Positions 55,800 to 64,000 of a stretch of 64,000 nucleotides of DNA are shown here, piece by piece. Below the pieces are notes generated by a model. That model was given only the letters and a program-made list of their open reading frames with translations. It did not search any database and had not been told where the DNA came from. Origin of the DNA: Macrostomum lignano (lineage: Eukaryota); the NCBI GenBank assembly GCA_002269645.1, contig NIVC01000244.1:266484-330483 (forward strand), written 5' to 3'. The stretch's first letter is position 1. Every line of letters begins with the position of its first letter. The position numbers were made by a program, and so were the translations under genes.

Positions 55800-56315
55800 C
55801 TAGCTCTTGCTCTGCTCCGGCTTTTCTTCTCGCGGCGACGGCGATGAAGGCGGAGACGGCGACGGCGACGCTGGCACGAGCAGCAAGCCGGGCTTGTACG
55901 ACGGCGGCGAGCGCGGCGGTAGAAGACAAAACACTTTGCCACCGCTGCCAGCTCCGGAGTCAGCGGACAGAGCGTCGTCAGCGGCGACAGTCGGACCCGG
56001 CGCTGCCTTCATCGACGACGATGAAGTTGACGCTGAACGGTGCAACTGCAACTGCGGCTGTGGCTGCTGCTGCTGTTGTTGTTTACGACGCCGACGCGAA
56101 AACGACAATCCGCCACCATTAACAAACGACGCCGGTTGACCGCCGTCAGTGAGGGCAAAGTCGTGCTGAATCCAGCGACTATCCGGCTGCTGGCATCTGC
56201 CTACCGCCGGCTGACGGTCGGTGGCCAGCACTGGGCTAGGCGGCGCCCGCTTGGTGTACGGGCTGTTTAAAAACACCAGCTGTGGCGGCTCGTTGCGCCG
56301 GCGCTTCCGGCGCAT
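55800..56315 (-). CDS. Intronless, low-complexity 171-aa protein resembling RHINO (9-1-1 clamp interactor)
   Basis: MRRKRRRNEPPQLVFLNSP ~ human RHNO1 MPPRKKRRQPSQKAPLLFHQQP; SRWIQHDF ~ TSWVSPDF; LLVPASP ~ VLVKDTP, in the same order. Motif-level similarity from memory only. Confidence 0.5.
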   Translation of the reverse strand: MRRKRRRNEPPQLVFLNSPYTKRAPPSPVLATDRQPAVGRCQQPDSRWIQHDFALTDGGQPASFVNGGGLSFSRRRRKQQQQQQPQPQLQLHRSASTSSSSMKAAPGPTVAADDALSADSGAGSGGKVFCLLPPRSPPSYKPGLLLVPASPSPSPPSSPSPREEKPEQSKS

Positions 56316-56548
56316 CTCTGCTACTGGCTGACAGGTGAAGCGAGCGGCCACGGGTTTATTCTTTGTTGATAATGAGGCTGCCGATTAGAGAATAGACAGC
56401 CGGGCTGATAAATTACAGAAAAAGGTATATGATTTTCTACTTTAATCTGGTAAGTTTAGTTCTGAGTGGAACAGACTCATCAAAATATATGGCGGTACAG
56501 ATCTTTCCAGGTTTCCGGTATCTTACTAACTAATTAGGGGCCTATGAG

Positions 56549-56850
56549 AATTTCCCGCAGGAAGTTTTCCCGCCGAGGTTTGTTTGCGCGAGCTTTTCCC
56601 GCGGTGAGTTTTTCCCGCAGTGAGATTTTCCCGCAGTGAGATTTTCCCGCGGCGAGTTTTTCCCGCAGTGAGATTTTCCCGCAGTGAGATTTTCCCGCAG
56701 TGAGATTTTCCCGCGGCGAGTTTTCCCGCAGTGAGATTTTCCCGCGGCGAGTTTTCCCGCAGTGAGATTTTCCCGCGGCGAGTTTTCCCGCAGTGAGATT
56801 TTCCCGCGGCGAGTTTTCCCGCAAGTTTTTCCCACCGAGGTTTTCCCGCA
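56549..56850. promoter_or_regulatory. Tandem array of ~18 TTTCCCGC motifs (E2F consensus TTTSSCGC), 15-16-bp units, upstream of the RHINO-like gene
   Basis: Counted directly. The array is certain; a regulatory role is inferred from motif and position. Confidence 0.5.
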
Positions 56851-57345
56851 GACTAACTAATGCCAGGGGCAAGGGGGCGGCCAGCCCCCACTATACCAGT
56901 AGACTAACTAATGCCAGGGGCGTGGCGGGGCGGCCAGCCCCCCACTATACCAGTAGACTAACTAATGCCAGGGGCGTGGCGGGGCGGCCAGCCCCCACTA
57001 TACCACTAGACTAACTAATGCCAGGGGCGTGGCGGGGCGGCCAGCCCCCCACTATACCACTAGACTAACTAATGCCAGGGGCGTGGCGGGGCGGCAAGCC
57101 CCCCCACTATACCACTAGACTAACTAATGCCAGGGGCGTGGCGGGGCGGCCAGCCCCCCACTATACCAGTAGACTAACTAAAGCCAGGGGCGTGGCGGGG
57201 CGGCAAGCCCCCCCACTATACCACTAGACTAACTAATGCCAGGGGCGTGGCGGGGCGGCCAGCCCCCCACTAGACCACTAGACTAACTAATGCCAGGGGC
57301 GTGGCGGGGCGGCCAGCCCCCTACTAGACCACTAGACTAACTAAT
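56850..57345. repeat. 54-bp GC-rich minisatellite (AGACTAACTAATGCCAGGGGCGTGGCGGGGCGGCCAGCCCCCCACTATACCAGT), ~9 copies
   Basis: Each unit has GC boxes (GGGGCGTGGC, GGGGCGG) and a GGGGC..GCCCC hairpin; most junctions read CTAG. Confidence 0.95.
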
Positions 57346-58441
57346 GCCAGGGGTGTGGGGGGGGGGGCTTTTTAGCTCTCAATTCGGGTGAAACACATAG
57401 GTCATAGCCATAAAAGATAAAAACACAATTTAACCATCGTCCCACCTTTGAAGACGACAGCGTCTTCATTCACTAGTTTTTAATCTAGTCTAGTCTAGCC
57501 TAGCCTAGTCTAGTCTATCCTATCCTAGTCTAGTTCTAATCTAGTCCAGCATTGTCTATAGACTGAATTTGACTTGAAATTCTGACTGTAAAAACCCTGC
57601 GTGAAACAAACATATCGAAACAAAAAGTGTCTCAGCTTCAGATTTTTACTAACACTGCAAAATATGAAACATGGAACTTTGTAAATTCTTGCTCTGAGGC
57701 AAGGAACTGGCTAATTAAGCTAAAAAGAAAAGCCATTAACTTGCATGTAGCCGAAACCAAGCTCAAAGTTTCCTCAACCTAGAAATTCTTAGCAAATGGA
57801 GCAGCAAACAAATTGGACCCAAACTAAATTGCGCGTCTAACTCAACTACACGGCAACAGGTATGAAGAATGAAATACGAATAAAACCACACGAAGCCAGA
57901 AGCAATTTATTGCGCGTATTAAGTTCTGTCCGCGGTCAACAGGTAATAAAATAAAAAACTACTTAGAAGTAAACATGCAATTAGGGCTTAATGAAATACC
58001 TGATACAATTCTCGATCATGTACCGAGATGCCCTCACACAAACCACAAGGTCCTGCTTCTCTCGTCAGGCACAGAGACTCGACAAGGCTTATGCCTGGCG
58101 CTGCTCCACCGAAGTGAACAAGCAAGAAATGGTGAGGAAATCTGACACCTGCGCTGCGCATGACCAATTCCAAATAACAGCAATTAGTGCCAGGGTTAGT
58201 TTTTAACACGCGCCAATTTTTTCGCTGTCTCGCTTTCACAGCTATTTCTTTCTCACTAATGCCTGCAAAGCTAAGTTTCCAGCGAAACTCGATGTAACGA
58301 ATCGAATTTTTATGCTATTTACCAATGTCGGCGTAAGAGTTGGGAGGGCCGAGAGAGGAGAGAGCGGCGAGACTTCGTACCCCCCCCCCGTTCCCTGATC
58401 TCCATAAATAGCCAGCCTGAGACGCAAGAACGAGTGGATAA

Positions 58442-58491
58442 TATAAACAAAAGTCAGCAGCGAGACAGTTAGCCCCGAACTCTTTAAGCAG
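58442..58491 (+). promoter_or_regulatory. Putative TATA box, Inr and non-coding first exon of the membrane-protein gene
   Basis: TATAAA at 58442, ACAGTT ~25 nt downstream, donor CAG|GTGAGA at 58491 and acceptor at 58569. Confidence 0.45.
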
Positions 58492-58584
58492 GTGAGATTA
58501 ACAACTGTTCGAGGAGAGAGAGATTTTTTAATATAAACAAATTATTAAAATAACTGGCATAACAAACAGGAGTCCATATCAGGC

Positions 58585-59373
58585 ATGGAGGGGGACTCGA
58601 CAGCTGAAAACGCTTTAGATGACCCGCAGTCAACCGGGTCACTAGACGAGACAACAGCTATAACATTTGATTCAACAGCGGATGTGACAGCGACAGAATC
58701 AGCCGATAGCCCCCTGTTCAGCATGGAAACTACCGCAGCGCAAATTGGCAGCACAAAAACGCCTATCAGCCTTAGTCAGCACTTGGATCAAAGCGCTATC
58801 ATAGCAGGCGTTGTTATAGGCCTACTATTAATTGCCCTCACACTGGCTGGCGTCTGTCTGGCTAGGGTGAACCGACGACGGGCCAGCCGAGACAATGGAG
58901 GCAGAGAATCGGCTTCGCGTAAAACCAACACCTCGGTGAGATAACTGTCTATATGGTCACGAGACATTGGGTTTCATGTCCATTCTCAGTTAGTTGGGAA
59001 GCAGAGCTCATTTACGATTATTAAAATTCAAATAAACTGACAGCATAAAGTATTTATTAAGTCCTAGCACAATTAACTGTACAATTTTCAGTCTTCTCGC
59101 GAGCCAAATCCTTATACAAATCCTTGCTTCAATGCAACCAAGGAGGAAATGGGCGAGAGGTCAAACAACACAGAGGAGCCAGCCAAATGTGTGACAGGTA
59201 TAGAAAAAAGATTTCTTTAAATACTTTAAAAGCAAATTAGTAACCACCACACCTATATTACCATTGCAGAGTCAGTCAACTCAGTTCGAAACAAAGAGGA
59301 TCATTGGATAATCCCAATGGAAGAGCTGAGAGAAGATGACACTGCATCAAATTATGACACAACAAGATTTTAG
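58585..59373 (+). CDS. 186-aa single-pass membrane protein: S/T/D/E-rich N-terminus, one TM helix, acidic Tyr-containing tail
   Basis: Coding exons 58585-58935, 59092-59197 and 59270-59373 splice in phase with GT-AG. TM AIIAGVVIGLLLIALTLAGVCLA is followed by RVNRRR. No signal peptide. Confidence 0.75.
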
Positions 59374-60469
59374 ATTAGTTATTACTGATCTAACAACCAA
59401 AACTGTTTAAATCTGTTATTAAAGCAATTATAATATGTAAAGTACTGTGCTTTTTTTCAAAAATACTTCCAACATACTTTTTAATATTTCTATAATTTTC
59501 TACAAAGTACCTTATTATACAGTTCTTATAGTGCAATGAAACATTATAATGCATGCAGCAATATAATGAAATTGTATTGCTTTTATAAATTAAATTAATC
59601 TGCAAATATAACTTATAAACAAATGAGTTTTCTTCTTTGACTTAATTCTAATTAATATTAGCCATTGCATGACTATACATTATAATATTGCTACAAATAT
59701 ATAGTGTCCCAAAAATACTCCATGGGAAAAGGTGCATTGAAATTAATGATATATTAGTATAACTAACAACACTATAACAATAAGGCAATTTACAATTGTG
59801 TCAATTATTGTATCAATGACTATGTCTTTTTGTCAAGATTGTTATGCTGCATAATGGCATCAAAATCATTATGCCATTTTTTATTTCAACATGCCATTGG
59901 TATAAAATGTCAAATAGCACTTGTAAGTCATGCAACTGTCATAACAAACAAGGTAATATTTGAACAAATTTAAAGGCAAAACTGAAAATTGGAATTCAGG
60001 ATTCAGTGTTGGCAATTTGGTAATGGCATAATGGCAAAAATTATTATGCTATTTTGGCATTACAGCATCAAAATCATTATGCCATTTTTAATTTCAACAT
60101 GTCATAGCATGCCTATTGTTGTATTGTGTAACCTGACAGACCAACTTAATGATAGATAATATTTTATGAATATTTCTACTATAACGTAAATGCTACCTAT
60201 ATTATTATTATTGTCTATTACTTATACTGCCACTTTAAGTAGAGTAGTTGATAAATTATCTGTATAATGTATTGTTAATCACGTGATATCTCTAGCTCTT
60301 GAATTTATCGATCGTGCAGATTTTCTAGTGTAGTTAAAATATAGATCATGTAGTTTTTCTTAAATAACGAAAATATAAATAAAGCAACTGTGCGCACCTA
60401 GCACTTTACTTTTCAACTCAACTGGAAAACTTCAAGCCGTGGCTACACAACAACTGGCGACGAGGATGG

Positions 60470-61897
60470 GATGAAGATGAGGCTCTCAACGTTAGCCCAC
60501 CTGCACAATTTCTGCCAGCAAGCAGAACACCGGCGGTCCCATGGAACAGATGGCTGGACGCATTCGACTTCTACTGTCAAGCAGCCCAAATCTGGACACC
60601 CCGACCGGCAGGCGAAGAAGCCCTGACAGATGAGGCTAGGCGACTGGCGACGGTGTGCAAGAACCATTGGCTGCACCTTCTCGGCTTCGAGGGGCAGTGG
60701 ATGGCAAGGGCCCGAAATGCGATTGCCGACGGTCATACCTTCTGGCAAACCCGCGATCAGCTGACGACGGTATTTGGCGACCGACCAAATGTGATGGTGG
60801 CGCGTCATCGATTAAGGGAGCAACAGCAGCTGCCGGGCGAAGACGCAGTCACGTTCGTCGCAGCGCTACGAGAGCTATCAGCCACGTGCAGCTACGGACC
60901 TCTGGCAGACGAAATGATCCGCGACCAGCTTGCCCAGAAGACGAGCAGCACTCGAATTCGCGAGCGTCTTCTTATGGAGGACGCCGCCAGGCTGACACTA
61001 GAGCAAGCAGATGTCATCGCGACTACGATCGAGGACGCGGCGGCAGGCAGCAAGGCGATGGCGGCGACCAGCTCCTTTGAGAGCGTCCAGACGGTGCAGC
61101 AAGCAGCGAGGCGACAGGGCCCCGGCAGCGCTCCGCCCGACAGCAGGTCGCAGCATCCGGCCAAAAGCTCCTGCACCCGATGCGGACGGAGCCACGAGGC
61201 CAAGGCGAAGTGTCCCGCGCACGGAAAGAAATGCAACAGTTGCGGGAAATTGAACCACTTCAGTCGATGCTGTCGCAGCAAGGCACTCCAAGTCAGCGCA
61301 GACGAGACGGTCACGATCTACGCGGTCGCGGTCCATGGCGGCGACGAGATCAGAGTCGAGCTGCAGCTGGGCGACTGCTTGAAGACAGTCAGCCTGATGG
61401 TCGACTGCGGCGCCAAAGTTTCTCTGCTCAACGAGGCTACGGCGAGAAGTCTGAGCGACATCGATCTAAAGCCATCGGCAGTGCAGCTACGAGCTTACGG
61501 CAGGAAGAAGATCGCCGTCGCAGGGCTCGCAACAGTCTGCGTCAAATACCGCAGCCAAGAACTGCAACACGACTTTCACATTACTAGGTCGGGCGAAAAT
61601 ATCGTCCGCCGCGATCTGATGCAGAAGCTGGGCATCCAAGTGCAACTCCACTTACTCCAGCCTCGCGATGCCAACATCGGAATTGCCAACGTGGACATCG
61701 CCAGCGAGTTCCCAGCGGTCTTCGACGGATCAATCGGTCTCTGCAGAGGAGCGGTGCACCAACCGAGAATCAACACGGCCGTGCCACCAGTGCAGCAGCC
61801 ACTGCGCCGCCTGCCTCTCGCCGAGCAGCAACAGGTCGGCGAGGAGCTCGACGTCCGGAGGCAGCAGGCATCACCGAACGGCTCAACAGGTCCCTGA
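60470..61897 (+). CDS. Gag-protease ORF of the LTR element, fused to an RT stub
   Basis: PAVPWNRWLDAFDFY; EMIRDQL; double zinc knuckle CTRCGRSH...CPAHGKKCNSCGKLNHFSRCC; protease MVDCGAKVSLL; RT start EFPAVFDG..PVQQPLRRLP. The frame is open from ~60455, but no in-frame ATG was found. Confidence 0.85.
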   Translation, partial: DEDEALNVSPPAQFLPASRTPAVPWNRWLDAFDFYCQAAQIWTPRPAGEEALTDEARRLATVCKNHWLHLLGFEGQWMARARNAIADGHTFWQTRDQLTTVFGDRPNVMVARHRLREQQQLPGEDAVTFVAALRELSATCSYGPLADEMIRDQLAQKTSSTRIRERLLMEDAARLTLEQADVIATTIEDAAAGSKAMAATSSFESVQTVQQAARRQGPGSAPPDSRSQHPAKSSCTRCGRSHEAKAKCPAHGKKCNSCGKLNHFSRCCRSKALQVSADETVTIYAVAVHGGDEIRVELQLGDCLKTVSLMVDCGAKVSLLNEATARSLSDIDLKPSAVQLRAYGRKKIAVAGLATVCVKYRSQELQHDFHITRSGENIVRRDLMQKLGIQVQLHLLQPRDANIGIANVDIASEFPAVFDGSIGLCRGAVHQPRINTAVPPVQQPLRRLPLAEQQQVGEELDVRRQQASPNGSTGP

Positions 61898-62215
61898 TGG
61901 ACAGCATTCGAGCGTCTAGAGCCGACAACGTGCCGATGCAGGACGCGCTGTTGCAGTTTCTCGAGAGCTACCGCAGCACGCCGCACACCCTGACTGGCAA
62001 GAGCCCGGCCGAACTGATGTTGGGTCGCCGCTGGCGCACGCCCATGTCGCTACTTGCTCCGGTCAAGAACGCCGCTGCTGCGCAACTTGATATCGCCAAA
62101 CGCATTCAGCAACGTCAACAGCGGACGGCAGCGTACACCGACCAACGGCGTGGAGCCCAGCAGCCGACATTACGCACCGGTGACTGGGTAAGAATCCGCC
62201 GGCCAACACTCTGGC
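61855..62215 (+). pseudogene. Integrase C-terminal remnant
   Basis: PEAAGITERLNRSLMDSIR...FLESYRSTPHTLTGKSPAELMLGR, then GDWVRIR; joined directly to the RT stub. Confidence 0.85.
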
Positions 62216-64000
62216 AGACGGCAGCACCTGGAACCAGCAAGCGCTGGTGCCGACATCTCTGCAACCAAACTACGAGGCATCTGCGTCTGGCGAGTTTGAT
62301 CCCCTCGTGGGTGTCCAAGAGTGGGCAATGCAAGATGGAGGGGGAGAGGTTCGACAACCGACTCCTGGTCCAGCCGAAGGACCACCGGCTCTGGCTTTGC
62401 GACGGTCCACTCGTCCGCGACGTCCTCTGCAGCGCTACGGCTGGTGATCAATCGGAGAGGGGGAAGATGTTGTGTCGTGTAACCTGACAGACCAACTTAA
62501 TGATGGATTATATTTTACGAATATTTCTACTATAACGTAAATGCTACCTATATTATTATTATTGTCTATTACTTATACTGCCACTTTAAGTAGAGTAGTT
62601 GATAAATTATCTGTATAATGTATTATTAATCACGTGATATCTCTAGCTCTTGAATTTATTGATCGTGCAGTTTTTCTAGTGTAGTTAAAATATCAATCAT
62701 GAAGTTTTTCTTAAATAACGAAAATATAAATAAAGCAACTGTGCGCACCTAGCACTTTACTTTTCAACTCAACTGGAAAACTTCAAGCCTTGGCTACACA
62801 ACACCTATGACAAAAAAACCTATATCAATGGGTATAATAAGGTAATTAATTATATCACTAGCATATTAAGTTTAATAGACCTTTTTCTTCTTGAGTGTTT
62901 TTAGGACATAAGTGCATCAATAGAAAAATCTAATAAATTTTTTTATAGAAAAAAGCTAGAGTTTCACAATAACCAAATATTTTTCCATATCTATATCCAT
63001 AGTTGATAGTTGTATCTTGAAAATTTTCCTATAGCCTATCCATATCCATATCTGTAGTTATATCTTGAAAGCTAGTAAACTTTCCATAACTATTGTACAA
63101 CACCAAGACCTGGACCTTGACAAATGCCTTGGAGAGGCAGCTAAATGCTGTGCTTGCCATTTGGAGAGTGCAGCAATCTAAGCAGTAAGACCAATGCCAT
63201 ACTCTACATGAGGGCATGGCTAATATAGCCTTCTTTGATAATGCAAATGCTGGATAGCTTCCCTATTAGCTTCATTCATTTTTATCTTAAGCCCCTACTA
63301 TCCTAACTACTATGCTTTAGCCCCTTTTCCTATCTTTGTTCTTCTGTCTTTATTGTTTGAGTCCCTGATTCTAGGGCCTTAAGAGCTCCTCTCATATTCC
63401 TCTTAAATTTAGGTCCTACACAATAGTCTGGATCATGCTTGATGTAGGCCTACACTAGAACAAAAATTGAATAATTACAAATGCATGCCAAAAAATTAGT
63501 GCATGCCCACATTCTCAAATCTATGCTGGTATTGCAACAATAAATGACATTTTTGCATTACAACAATGACCTTTTTTGTGTTGTATAAAGAATCTTTTTG
63601 GCAGATAATTTGGTTGCTTTTTTATATTTCTTGCTTATACTAGGCCTATCTTTAATGAAAAATGGATATACATAAAAATTTGTTTAAATGCTATGTTAAG
63701 AGCTTAAATATTAGAAAGTTCAAAATGATTTTTCTACTTATAAGTAACACTAACTCTTCCATATGATTCTATAAAGTGCATGCTACGCATGTACACATAG
63801 GCCCCTACTATTTTCTAAAGAATCTTGTACGCCTATTGTGCATGCCAATTTTTGGCATATAAGGCCAATGCAAGCTAGAATTTTTGGGCATACATTACAT
63901 GATCTGGAGTATGGCTTCTATAATCCTAACCCTATCTTAGTCCCCAACTTAGGGACTTAAGAGCTTTCCTTGAAAGTGATTCATTTTAACTTTATAGTTA

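Larger units (their letters stand above)
60117..62803 (+). mobile_element. Internally deleted Ty3/gypsy (Mag-like) LTR retrotransposon, 2687 bp
   Basis: LTRs at 60117-60452 and 62468-62803 (336 bp, TG..CA, 12 mismatches by manual count); TSD CCTAT; PBS TGGCGACGAGGATGGGAT at 60455 complementary to the tRNA-Ser(GCT) 3' end; PPT GGAGAGGGGGAAGA just before the 3' LTR. Confidence 0.95.

Noticed and set aside
57991-58206. 71-aa ORF upstream of the membrane-protein gene
   Set aside because: No motifs or splice support.

Overview
Eukaryotic (animal) genomic DNA with GC-rich exons, GT-AG introns and many intronic minisatellites. This composition is consistent with a free-living flatworm such as Macrostomum, but the organism is inferred, not shown. 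All homology calls below come from manual translation and recalled reference sequences; no database searches were run. Minus strand, high to low coordinates: five co-oriented housekeeping or genome-maintenance genes (RHINO/RHNO1-like, FIRRM/C1orf112, importin-13, ANKRD16, G9a/EHMT), then a secreted multi-C-type-lectin gene, then part of a twitchin/unc-22 gene that runs off the left edge. Plus strand: two tandem intronless class-A GPCR paralogues carrying single-base frameshifts, and a small single-pass membrane protein gene. Mobile DNA: an internally deleted Mag-like Ty3/gypsy element (336-bp LTRs, tRNA-Ser PBS, CCTAT TSD), a 5'-truncated RNase H-bearing LINE inside a minisatellite, three CORE-type tRNA-SINEs (one split by a solo LTR), several MITE-like elements and about 20 tandem arrays. 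Most notable leads: (i) a candidate spliced-leader (SL) operon headed by tandem arrays of E2F sites and GC boxes; (ii) an ANKRD16 gene with no genomic ATG, whose start codon could come from the SL; (iii) minisatellites that multiply splice sites, one of them in frame; (iv) a GPCR pair homogenised except at extracellular loops. Single-base indels may be assembly errors, so pseudogene calls are tentative.
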